A DNA stretch of 62,215 nucleotides, filler included. It is 9 parts of 9 records of this genome, joined end to end, with 100 filler letters (N's around TTAATTAATTAA, not from the genome) between each part and the next. Parts side by side here need not be neighbours in the genome. Positions count along the whole stretch, not along the records: positions 32,936 to 39,866 come from SRR31147125_128838; positions 39,967 to 48,290 come from SRR31147125_129348; 7 more parts are not named here. One strand, 5' to 3'. Positions 35,660 through 44,901 of this stretch are shown here, piece by piece. The position numbers and the translations under genes were made by a program. Under the pieces are notes generated by a model, which was not told where the DNA came from, did no database searches, and saw nothing but the letters and a program-made list of their open reading frames with translations. Positions within the stretch are counted from its first letter, which is position 1, and every line of letters begins with the position of its first letter.

Positions 35660-36306
35660 GGCTTCCGGTCCGCCCCGTATTCGGCAAGATAGTCCAGCAT
35701 TTTTTGTTTCCGGGCGTCACTGTCGGGAATGGAATCTATAATATCCCGGACGGTGATAATCGGGTAGACCTTGATGCCCAGCGTCTCGCGCAGCTCGTCG
35801 AGGGCCGACAGGCTGCCCGTCCCGCGCTCCATCCGGTCCACCGAAACGTACAGCGCCGCGATGGTGACGGACGCGATGCCGGATAAAAGCGCTATGCTTT
35901 CGCGCACCGCCGTCCCGGCCGTGACAACGTCTTCAATGATGGCCAGACGATCGCCGTCCTTTGGCTTATAGCCGACAATGGCGCCGCCCTCCCCGTGGTC
36001 CTTGATCTCCTTGCGGTTAAAGCAGTACGGCACATCCCGCCCGTGATGGCGGTACAGCGAGGACGCCGCCGCGACGGACAGGGGGATGCCTTTGTACGCC
36101 GGGCCAAACAGCGCGTCAAACGTCTCGCCGCTTTGGACGATGCAGTCGGCGTAATAGTCGCCCAGCTGTGTAATCTGCGCGCCGGTCTTATAATGGCCGG
36201 TATTGATAAAGTAAGGCGTCTGGCGTCCGCTCTTCGTCGTAAAGTCTCCAAAAGTCAAAACGCCCGCGCCCGCCATGAAATCAATAAACTCTTTTGTGCG
36301 GCTCAT
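35656..36306 (-). CDS. pyrE: Orotate phosphoribosyltransferase
   Basis: FGDFTTKSGRQTPYF, GPAYKGIP, RKEIKDHGEGG, IEDVVTAGTA. Confidence 0.97.
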   Translation of the reverse strand: MSRTKEFIDFMAGAGVLTFGDFTTKSGRQTPYFINTGHYKTGAQITQLGDYYADCIVQSGETFDALFGPAYKGIPLSVAAASSLYRHHGRDVPYCFNRKEIKDHGEGGAIVGYKPKDGDRLAIIEDVVTAGTAVRESIALLSGIASVTIAALYVSVDRMERGTGSLSALDELRETLGIKVYPIITVRDIIDSIPDSDARKQKMLDYLAEYGADRKP

Positions 36307-36545
36307 AAAACGCCCCTTCCAGTTTTTTTAAATTCAAAATTTATTATATCATTACCCATTTAGGCGTTCAATGCTTTTACCAAAAACAAATCATCCTGAA
36401 ATGTTGAATTTTCGCGCATTCGGATGTATAATAATCTTTAACGCAATAGCCCTTAAATGGGCGAAAAAAGCGCATTTTGCGCCCCCGAAAAAGCCAAATA
36501 AGACAGAAACAGCCATTCGTGGGATATTTACATACAGGTGAAATA

Positions 36546-39497
36546 ATGAGCTATAAAATCGGTATCGATATTGGCAGCACAACCGTTAAAACCGTTGTCC
36601 TCGACGAGGGCGACCATTTGATTTTCCGTGCGTACGAGCGGCACCTTTCCAAGGTGCGCGAAAAAGCGGCCGAGCAGCTGCGCTCGGCATCCGAAACGCT
36701 GAAAGGCCAGAACGTACGCGCCGTCGTCACCGGCTCGGCCGGACTGGGACTTGCCAAAGCGTCCGGCATGAGCTTTGTGCAGGAGGTCTACGCCACGGCT
36801 ACCGCCGTGACGAAATACATTCCCGATACGGACGCCGTCATCGAGCTCGGAGGTGAGGACGCCAAGATCATCTTCTTCGGCGGCGGCCTTGAGGAGCGGA
36901 TGAACGGCCTGTGCGCCGGCGGCACCGGCTCTTTTATAGACCAGATGGCGACGCTTTTAAACGTCAGTATCACGGAGCTTGACGCGCTGTCGCTCCGTCA
37001 TGAAAAAATATACCCCATTGCCTCGCGCTGCGGCGTATTTGCCAAAAGCGATATTCAGCCGATCCTTAATCAGGGCGGCCGGCGCGAGGACGTTGCTGCG
37101 TCCATCTTCCAGGCCGTGGTGGACCAGACGGTCACCGGCCTGACCCAGGGCCGGGAGCTCACCGGCAAAATCGTTTTTCTCGGCGGCCCGCTGACCTTTT
37201 TAAAGGGCCTGCGCGCGCGCTTTGTCGAGACGCTCGCACTGGATACCGAGCACGCCGTCTTCCCAGAAAACGCCGACTGCTTCGCCGCCCTCGGCGCGGC
37301 GCTCACGGCGGATACGGGCGAAGCGTCCTCCTTCGAGGATTTACTCGCGCAGCTGGAGCGCTCGGTAGACGCTTCGGTTTTGACGGACGTGATGGAGCCT
37401 TTATTCTGCACACAGGCGGACTACGACGAATTTGCGGCGCGGCACAATAAAGCCACGCCCGTTACGGTTGATGCCGCTACTTATACGGGCGACGCTTATC
37501 TTGGCATCGACGCGGGCAGCACGACGACGAAGCTCGCGCTCATTACGCCGGAGGGCGGCATCCTATACAGCTATTACGCCTCCAATAAGGGCGACCCGGT
37601 CTCAATCGTCAAGCAGCAGCTGCAGGCGATTTACAGCCAGTTCGGCAGCCGGATCACCATCCGCTCAAGCGCCGTCACCGGCTACGGCGAGGACCTGATT
37701 AAAAATGCCTTCCGGGTCGACAACGGCCTGGTGGAAACGATGGCGCATTTCCGCGCCGCGCGCCATTTCGACCCGGACGTTGACTTCATCATCGACATCG
37801 GCGGCCAGGACGTAAAATGCTTTAAAATACGCGGCGGCGCGGTGGACAGCATTTTGCTCAACGAGGCCTGCTCGTCCGGCTGCGGCAGCTTTATCGAGAC
37901 GTTTGCTAACGCGCTCGGCTACGATATCGCGGCATTTTCCAAGCTGGGGCTGTTTGATCCCGCGCCCGTCAACCTCGGCTCACGTTGCACTGTTTTCATG
38001 AACTCCAGCGTCAAGCAAGCGCAGAAGGAGGGTGCGTCCGTATCTGCCATCTCGGCGGGGCTGTCTATTTCTATTGTCAAAAATGCCGTGTACAAGGTCA
38101 TTCGCGCGGCCAGCGCCGACGACCTGGGCGAGCATATCGTCGTACAGGGCGGCACGTTTTTAAATGACGCCGTACTGCGCGGCTTTGAGCGCGAAATTGG
38201 CCGGGACGTAACGCGCCCGACGATCGCGGGGCTCATGGGCGCATACGGCGCGGCGCTGTCGGCGCTCGATACTCACAGCGCCGGCTCCACGCTTTTGGAC
38301 AGCGCGGCGCTTGAGCAGTTTACGCATACGGCCAAGCCGACGCAATGCATGGGCTGTACAAACCACTGCAGCCTGACAATCAACACTTTTGACAGCGGAC
38401 GCCGCTTCATCTCCGGCAACCGCTGCTCCAAGCCGCTGGGCTACGCCGAGGCCAAAGAGCCCAATCTCATGAAATATAAGTATAACAAGCTGCGCGGCAT
38501 GAAAGGCGTCGGAACGGGGGACGGCTCCCGCGGGACCATGGGTATCCCCTTCGGGCTTAACATGTATGAAAATTTACCCTTCTGGTACGAGTTTTTCACC
38601 AAGCTCAATTTTGAGGTCGTGCTCTCTCCCGAATCGTCCCGGTCGGTTTACGTTAAGGGCCAGCGCACTATCCCGTCCGATACGGTGTGTTATCCGGCCA
38701 AGCTGATGCACGGCCACGTCGAGCATCTTGTTGACTGGGGCGTGGATACGATTTTTTACCCGTGCCTGCCGTACAATTTCGACGAGGGCATCGGCGATAA
38801 CAACTATAACTGCCCCGTCGTGGCCTATTACCCCGAGCTTTTGGCGGCCAACATGCCGAGGCTCAAGGACGCGCGCTTTTTAAACCCGTACTTCGGGCCG
38901 CATAAGAAAAAAGGCTTTGTCCAAAAGGCCGGCGAATATTTTCTGGAACACTTCAATATTCCCAAAAAAGAAACAAAAAAGGCCGTGTTAAGCGCGTACG
39001 AGGCTTATGAGGCCTACCGGCAGGACATTATCCGTGAAGGCGAAAAAATGATCCAATACGCCCGCGACAAGGGTAAGCGGATCATCGTCGCGGCCGGACG
39101 GCCGTATCACATAGACCCCGAGATTAACCACGGCATCGATGAGCTAATCACCTCCTACGACCTGGTTTTGATCACTGAGGATGCCATATCGCATCTTCTG
39201 GAAAAGGAAAACCGCAAGGTGTTAAACCAGTGGACGTATCAGGCACGCATGTATAACGCCGCGCGCTACGTCGCGACCCAGCCGGACATGCAAATGGTCC
39301 AGCTCGTCTCCTTCGGCTGCGGCACGGACGCCATTACAACGGATGAGCTCCGGAGCATTCTGGAGGACGGCGGCAAGCTCTACACGCAAATTAAAATTGA
39401 CGATATCAACAACCTCGGAGCGGTGCGCATACGCATCCGCAGCCTGATCGCCGCGATGGATTCCCGCATGGCGGAACCGGCGAAGGCCACCGCATAA
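36546..39497 (+). CDS. plsA: Double CoA-activase + DUF2229 reductase (PlsA-like)
   Basis: Two ASKHA activase domains (GIDIGSTT / GIDAGSTT, CAGGTGSF / CSSGCGSF, RCGVF / RCTVF) followed by CYPAK, NCPVV, GRPYH and SFGCG. Confidence 0.75.
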   Translation: MSYKIGIDIGSTTVKTVVLDEGDHLIFRAYERHLSKVREKAAEQLRSASETLKGQNVRAVVTGSAGLGLAKASGMSFVQEVYATATAVTKYIPDTDAVIELGGEDAKIIFFGGGLEERMNGLCAGGTGSFIDQMATLLNVSITELDALSLRHEKIYPIASRCGVFAKSDIQPILNQGGRREDVAASIFQAVVDQTVTGLTQGRELTGKIVFLGGPLTFLKGLRARFVETLALDTEHAVFPENADCFAALGAALTADTGEASSFEDLLAQLERSVDASVLTDVMEPLFCTQADYDEFAARHNKATPVTVDAATYTGDAYLGIDAGSTTTKLALITPEGGILYSYYASNKGDPVSIVKQQLQAIYSQFGSRITIRSSAVTGYGEDLIKNAFRVDNGLVETMAHFRAARHFDPDVDFIIDIGGQDVKCFKIRGGAVDSILLNEACSSGCGSFIETFANALGYDIAAFSKLGLFDPAPVNLGSRCTVFMNSSVKQAQKEGASVSAISAGLSISIVKNAVYKVIRAASADDLGEHIVVQGGTFLNDAVLRGFEREIGRDVTRPTIAGLMGAYGAALSALDTHSAGSTLLDSAALEQFTHTAKPTQCMGCTNHCSLTINTFDSGRRFISGNRCSKPLGYAEAKEPNLMKYKYNKLRGMKGVGTGDGSRGTMGIPFGLNMYENLPFWYEFFTKLNFEVVLSPESSRSVYVKGQRTIPSDTVCYPAKLMHGHVEHLVDWGVDTIFYPCLPYNFDEGIGDNNYNCPVVAYYPELLAANMPRLKDARFLNPYFGPHKKKGFVQKAGEYFLEHFNIPKKETKKAVLSAYEAYEAYRQDIIREGEKMIQYARDKGKRIIVAAGRPYHIDPEINHGIDELITSYDLVLITEDAISHLLEKENRKVLNQWTYQARMYNAARYVATQPDMQMVQLVSFGCGTDAITTDELRSILEDGGKLYTQIKIDDINNLGAVRIRIRSLIAAMDSRMAEPAKATA

Positions 39498-39510
39498 GGA
39501 AAGAGACAGT

Positions 39511-39866
39511 ATGGCTAAACTTACATACGACGAAACAGGACGCCTCCTTTTCACCAAGGAGATGAAAAAGGACTACACGCTGCTAATGCCGCAGATGCTG
39601 CCCGTCACGTTTACGATGCTCAAAAAAGTGTTTGAGCTTGACGGGTACAAGATCGACATGCTCGAAACATCTCACCGCGGCATCGTGGACACGGGCCTCA
39701 AGTACGTGCACAACGACACGTGCTACCCGGCGCTCCTCGTCATCGGGCAGCTGATTGAAGCCGTTAACAGCGGCAACTACGACAAGCACAAGGTGGGCCT
39801 GCTCATTACCCAGACGGGCGGCGGCTGCCGTGCCTCCAACTACATCCACCTGCTGCGCAAGGCGCT
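39511..39866 (+). CDS. plsR: 2-hydroxyacyl-CoA dehydratase-like reductase (PlsR-like), 3' truncated
   Basis: FTKEMKKDYT, GLKYVHNDTCYPA, QTGGGCRASNY. Confidence 0.7.
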
Positions 39867-39980
39867 NNNNNNNNNNNNNNNNNNNNNNNNNNNNNNNNNN
39901 NNNNNNNNNNTTAATTAATTAANNNNNNNNNNNNNNNNNNNNNNNNNNNNNNNNNNNNNNNNNNNNAAAAGAATTATTAG

Positions 39981-40015
39981 TAAAGCCGCAGCGTCTATAG
40001 AACCTGCGGCTTTAA
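39981..40015. terminator. Hairpin downstream of the nif operon
   Basis: TAAAGCCGCAG...CTGCGGCTTTA inverted repeat. Confidence 0.55.
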
Positions 40016-40187
40016 ACAAGAAGATTAATGAAGTTTAAACATTCTTTATTTTTTCTCCATATGTTTCTACAATTATCCCATACGGAGCTCAATGTTTTAT
40101 TTTATAATCTTTGCACTTCACCTTTAAAATAATATAATAATACGTTTACTTAGTTAGATACTTTACCTAATTATGTATCCGCCTGTT

Positions 40188-40492
40188 TCAAATCTTCAGA
40201 CGTTCTACAGTTATGCCTTCCTCCAGCGCATCAAGTATCTCTTCCGCATCGTCCGCCGTCACATTCCCATACCACGTCTGCTCTGGATAAACCATTACAA
40301 CAGGTCCCATCGAACACAACCCAACACAACCCATGTGCGAGACCATTACTTCATCTTCTATCTCACGGTCGTTTACTTCCTCAACAAGGTTCTGCAGTAT
40401 CTCCTGCCCTTCTTTTTCGAGCACACACCCTGTACTGTACCATTGAGTCTTGTAGAACAACAAACAAAAATGTGATGCTTTGGTTTTTGCAT
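40188..40492 (-). CDS. Thioredoxin-like [2Fe-2S] ferredoxin, C. pasteurianum type (1-nt deletion near 40413)
   Basis: MQKPKHHIFVCCSTRLNG..GVC + GCVGLCSMGPVVMVYPEQTWYGNVT; AGGAG RBS. Confidence 0.9.
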
Positions 40493-40502
40493 AATCTCCT
40501 CC

Positions 40503-41270
40503 TTATACTGTGTTCATAATATATCTCTTTATCTTTTCTTCATCTACCGTACCCATATCGATATTATACAGCTCATGCAGAGTATCCCTGTTGTCAAGTA
40601 TCGATACATCATCCAGCTTGAAAAGAGAGCCTTTTTTCAGCATCAGCACACGATCAGCGAACACTTTTGCCTGTCTTGCCGAATGTGTTGTGACCAATAC
40701 TGATATATTCTCCTTCTTCAGTCTCATTATCTCTTTGAGAACCACTACAGCGTTATTAAAATCAAGACTTGCTGTCGGCTCGTCCATCACTATAACTTTT
40801 GGCTGCTGAACAAGCGAACGTGCGATGAGCGCAAGCTGTTTTTCACCGCCGCTGAGGCTTTGAAACTGCCTGCCCGAAAGGTCTGCTAAACCAAGTTTCT
40901 CAAGCATCTTGTAGGCTTTTTCATAGTCCTGCTGCCTCGGTTCCCTCATATTTTCCATCCGGCAGTGTCTTCCCATCGTAACTATATCCAGCAAAGAGTG
41001 GGGAAAAACGCAATTAGAGCTTTGCGGGACATAGGCTATTTTTTGGGACAGCGCTTTTCGTGATATGGAAAAGACATCTTGACCGTCTATAGTTACAGTA
41101 CCCCGGCTTGGTTTAATAAAGTTCATAATCGCTCTGAACAGCGTGGTTTTCCCAGCGCCGTTGCTTCCAAGCACAGCCAGCACTTCCCCTTGTTTTAATT
41201 CAAAACCAACTGCGTCAAGCGCACGGCTGGTGCCATAGTCAACACAGAGGTCTTTTGCTATCAAGCTCAT
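40503..41270 (-). CDS. Metal-chelate (FecE/BtuD-type) ABC ATPase
   Basis: GSNGAGKTT, YVPQ, LSGGEKQ, MDEPT. Confidence 0.92.
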   Translation of the reverse strand: MSLIAKDLCVDYGTSRALDAVGFELKQGEVLAVLGSNGAGKTTLFRAIMNFIKPSRGTVTIDGQDVFSISRKALSQKIAYVPQSSNCVFPHSLLDIVTMGRHCRMENMREPRQQDYEKAYKMLEKLGLADLSGRQFQSLSGGEKQLALIARSLVQQPKVIVMDEPTASLDFNNAVVVLKEIMRLKKENISVLVTTHSARQAKVFADRVLMLKKGSLFKLDDVSILDNRDTLHELYNIDMGTVDEEKIKRYIMNTV

Positions 41271-41314
41271 AATAATGTTCCTTTCATGAGCTATGCGTGT
41301 AACGCATATATCGT

Positions 41315-42295
41315 CTACCAGCTCTTCCTGCCACGTATCAGCAGATAGATAAAAAACGGTGTGCCTATCATAGATGTCAGTATCCCAAGCGGTATCTCCG
41401 CCGTAAATGCTGTTCTTGATATATTGTCGAGCAGAAGCATGAACAATGCTCCTATCGCTATTGATGCCGGAAGCGTTTGCCTGTAGTCAGTTCCAACGAT
41501 CATGCGTGCTATATGAGGGATTACTAACCCTATCCACGACACCGTTCCGGCAGCGGACACAACAGCCGCAGTGATTATAGTAGCGGCCATTATTATGATG
41601 CCTCTTACTCTTCCCGTCTGCACCCCCAGCGACTTCGCCTCGTCTTCGCTGAGAGTCATGATGTTCATTCTATATTTCATAATCCACAGAATAACCAGTC
41701 CGCACACCACCGGCACTCCAATTACAACGAGGTCACCGAGTTTAACGTGCGAAAGGCTGCCCATTGTCCAGAATGTGATTGCAGGCAGATCGTCGTAAGG
41801 GTCGCCCACATATTTGAGAAGAGACAGCAGCGATACAAAAAGGCTGCTTACAACTATACCCGTCAGCACCAAAGACAGCGTACCGTCCATTTTCTTGCTG
41901 ATAAAGCGGCTGATCGTATAAACTATGCCGACTGCAGCCAGTCCTGATACAAATGCTCCGATACCAATAAACACGCTGCCAAGACCAAGAACAATAGCCA
42001 GAGCTGCACCGAAGCTTGCCCCCGACGATACACCGAGCAGCGACGGCGACACCATCGGATTTTTGAATATTGCCTGATAGCTCGCCCCTGCCGCCGACAG
42101 TGCGCTTCCCAGTAATATAGACATAACGATTCTTGGGAGACGCACATTAATTATTATGTTCGCTGATTCTCCATTCAGCACTTCAATAAAACTCAGTGGG
42201 TATCTGCCGATAAAGACCGACGCAGCAATACAGATAACTACAGCACAATATAAAATAATTATTGTTGTCCTCTTCCTGTTTACTGCGCCGTCCAT
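41315..42295 (-). CDS. FecCD/BtuC-type ABC permease
   Basis: RLPRI, FKNPMVSP..GVSSGA, WTMGSL, EAKSLGV, EIPLGI. Confidence 0.93.
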   Translation of the reverse strand: MDGAVNRKRTTIIILYCAVVICIAASVFIGRYPLSFIEVLNGESANIIINVRLPRIVMSILLGSALSAAGASYQAIFKNPMVSPSLLGVSSGASFGAALAIVLGLGSVFIGIGAFVSGLAAVGIVYTISRFISKKMDGTLSLVLTGIVVSSLFVSLLSLLKYVGDPYDDLPAITFWTMGSLSHVKLGDLVVIGVPVVCGLVILWIMKYRMNIMTLSEDEAKSLGVQTGRVRGIIIMAATIITAAVVSAAGTVSWIGLVIPHIARMIVGTDYRQTLPASIAIGALFMLLLDNISRTAFTAEIPLGILTSMIGTPFFIYLLIRGRKSW

Positions 42296-42300
42296 TTTTA

Positions 42301-43485
42301 TTATCCAATCAGCTCTTCAGCCTGTTCGTCCGTCAGCTCTACTCCATAGAAAAGCTCATAAAAATCTTTGGTTTCGCTTACTATATCAAGGTCGTAAATA
42401 TCCGGATACAGTTTGCTGCCCAGCCACATAAGCCCGATAAGCCGGTTTACCGACGGCGGCCTGTCGAACCAGTTAAACGGCAGTCTGGGTGTGCTTATCA
42501 CATTTTCGTTTTGCACGGCCGATATCTCTGACCAGCTCTCATCCGACATTATCACTTCCATTGCCTTACTTTCGCTCTGGCCTATATGCCCTATCAAGAT
42601 AACTTCGGGGTTCCATAGCATTATCTGTTCGATAGATACTTCTCCCGCTGTTTCTTTTACATCGGATACAGCTACATTAACCGCACCCACCAGCTCTATG
42701 AGCTCAGCGTTAGGAGACCCTGCGAACTCGGTCGTAAGTCCGTCGTCCATGCGTGCGTAGTATACGGTTACGGGCTGCTCAACCATGGCGCTCTTTTCTG
42801 CAGCATACTCCATTTTCTCTGTGTAATATGCAGCAAGCTCTGCGGCTCTTTCCTGCTCGCCAATCAGCTCACCAAGAAATGTATATGCCTCATAATAGTT
42901 GCTCATATTGGCTATAACAACCACTACCGGTACTCCGATTCTTTCCTGCAGCTCGTCTGCATCATCCGCTATTTTTCCGTTAAGCTTTGTCCCTGTAATC
43001 AGCACGACATCCGGAGAAGCCGCAAGCACTTCTTCTGCACTCGCTTCCTTGCCGCTGCCGTACATATTCCCGAGCACAGGAAGATCAGCATACCCTTCGG
43101 CAATCAAAGCCATTGCATCATTTGCCATCTTATTGTTCCAGCCGATCATTTTATCCGGTGCAAGTGTATACAGGAAAATAGAACTCGTGTTGTTCGTACC
43201 ATATACCTTGTCTATCTGTGTCGGGACAATCACTTCTCTGCCTGACATGTCGGTAATTGTCCTTGTTTCATCCTCAGCCGTCTCTTCTGTTGGTTCTTCT
43301 ACATCCTCAACATCTTCTGCAGGCGTTTCTTGTACATCATCTGCAATATCTTCTGTAAGTGTTACTTCTGCCTCATCATTTTGTTCGCCTACCGGCTGTT
43401 CTCCCCCGCATGCGGCGAAGGATAATAAAATTGCCGATATAATCAGCATTAATGCAATTCGTCGCATAATCATATATATATCCAT
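42301..43485 (-). CDS. Class III (helical-backbone) substrate-binding lipoprotein with acidic linker
   Basis: Lipobox FAAC; ITDMSGREV, EEVLAASPDV, PFNWFDRPPSVNRLIG. Confidence 0.9.
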   Translation of the reverse strand: MDIYMIMRRIALMLIISAILLSFAACGGEQPVGEQNDEAEVTLTEDIADDVQETPAEDVEDVEEPTEETAEDETRTITDMSGREVIVPTQIDKVYGTNNTSSIFLYTLAPDKMIGWNNKMANDAMALIAEGYADLPVLGNMYGSGKEASAEEVLAASPDVVLITGTKLNGKIADDADELQERIGVPVVVVIANMSNYYEAYTFLGELIGEQERAAELAAYYTEKMEYAAEKSAMVEQPVTVYYARMDDGLTTEFAGSPNAELIELVGAVNVAVSDVKETAGEVSIEQIMLWNPEVILIGHIGQSESKAMEVIMSDESWSEISAVQNENVISTPRLPFNWFDRPPSVNRLIGLMWLGSKLYPDIYDLDIVSETKDFYELFYGVELTDEQAEELIG

Positions 43486-43524
43486 CGGCGGCTATGCTAA
43501 GCCGCCTTTCCTTTCTTAAAATTA

Positions 43525-44898
43525 TTACATTACAAGCTCAAAATCCTCTTCTGCACATTCTCTGTCAAATTTGTCGAGAAACGCTGTGCTTATCTTTTCT
43601 ATCAATCGAATAGCCCCCATGTACCCGACAGTCGGGAAATAACTATGCCCTACCCGGTCGAGTATCGGGAAACCTACTCTTACAAGCGGTATGTTCTCTG
43701 CCCTTGCGATATACTTACCGTACGTGTTGCCTATCAGCATATCAACAGGCTCGTTCTTTATCCACTGGTGCAGCGTCATAAGGTCTGCGGAATTGGCAAC
43801 TTTTGAACCATCTATGCCCGCTTCCAGAAGCCTCTTTTTTATCTCTTTGTCGAACGCTTTTCCCGGCGTACCTGTAATAACGTATTTGGGTACCATTCCA
43901 AGACTGATAACGAACTCGGTCATAGCTATTACGGTGTCGGGATCGCCGAATATCGCCGCTTTCTTGCCGTGATAGTGGTTATGTATATCGACCATCAAAT
44001 CAACGAGCTGTCCACGCTGGTCTTCCAGCTCTTTCGGTACTTGAGTGCCTGTGTATTCGAGCACACGCATGATAAACTCATCAGTCGCCTTCACGCCAAT
44101 GGGCAGTGTTAGAACTCGTGAAGGTACATCGCATTTCTTCTCAAGTTCGTACGCAGCGTCTTTACTTGAGAAACTTCCGCAGGCAAGTGTCACCTGTGAA
44201 TCTCCCGTTTTTACTATCTTTTCTACCGGCGTTCCGCCCTGCGGATACATTTCGTATCGTCCTGTCATCGGCGCATTCACTACACCGCTGGTGTCCGGCA
44301 TCATGATGTATTCCGCACCCAGCATTTCGAGTATTCTTTTCATCTCTTTCATATCACTGGGTTCCACGAATCCCGGGATTATATTTATAGTTTTGTTCTT
44401 TTTTTCTGCTTTTGCCTCCGCAAGATATGTGACCATAGCCTTAACCATATTTGCAAATCCGGTTATATGCGAGCCGGTATAGCTTGGAGTATTCGCATGG
44501 ATAACTATCTTACCTTCCGGCAGCTTTGGCATCGTATCTTTGATTATCTCGCCCATGTCATCGCCAATTGTCTCGCTGAGGCAGGTCGAGTTTACTGCTA
44601 CTATGTCAGGGTTGTATATGTTGAATATATTCTCCAGACCTTTTGACAGGTTGGACTTTCCGCCGAACACGCATGCCCCCTCTGTAAAAGAGCTGGTAGA
44701 TGCCATTATCGGGTCTCTGTAGTGTCTTGTCAGGTGCATTCTGTGATAAGAGCAGCACCCTTGGGAGCCGTGACTGTGCGGCAGGCATTTTGCAATACCC
44801 AGAGCTGCGTACATTGCGCCTATCGGCTGGCATGTCTTTGCCGGATTAACGACGAGGTTGCTGCGCTCTGTCATTTCTTTTGGTGTATAGTCTAACAT
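43525..44898 (-). CDS. nifK: Nitrogenase MoFe protein beta chain (clostridial, group II type)
   Basis: NPAKTCQPIGA, HGSQGCCSY, STCLSETIGDD, RVGFPILDR. Confidence 0.97.
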   Translation of the reverse strand: MLDYTPKEMTERSNLVVNPAKTCQPIGAMYAALGIAKCLPHSHGSQGCCSYHRMHLTRHYRDPIMASTSSFTEGACVFGGKSNLSKGLENIFNIYNPDIVAVNSTCLSETIGDDMGEIIKDTMPKLPEGKIVIHANTPSYTGSHITGFANMVKAMVTYLAEAKAEKKNKTINIIPGFVEPSDMKEMKRILEMLGAEYIMMPDTSGVVNAPMTGRYEMYPQGGTPVEKIVKTGDSQVTLACGSFSSKDAAYELEKKCDVPSRVLTLPIGVKATDEFIMRVLEYTGTQVPKELEDQRGQLVDLMVDIHNHYHGKKAAIFGDPDTVIAMTEFVISLGMVPKYVITGTPGKAFDKEIKKRLLEAGIDGSKVANSADLMTLHQWIKNEPVDMLIGNTYGKYIARAENIPLVRVGFPILDRVGHSYFPTVGYMGAIRLIEKISTAFLDKFDRECAEEDFELVM

Positions 44899-44901
44899 CG
44901 G

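Noticed and set aside
26573-39866. Ether-lipid pathway linking the alkyl-DHAP-synthase-like gene with plsA/plsR
   Set aside because: They are on different contigs separated by a spacer, with different composition and probably different organisms.
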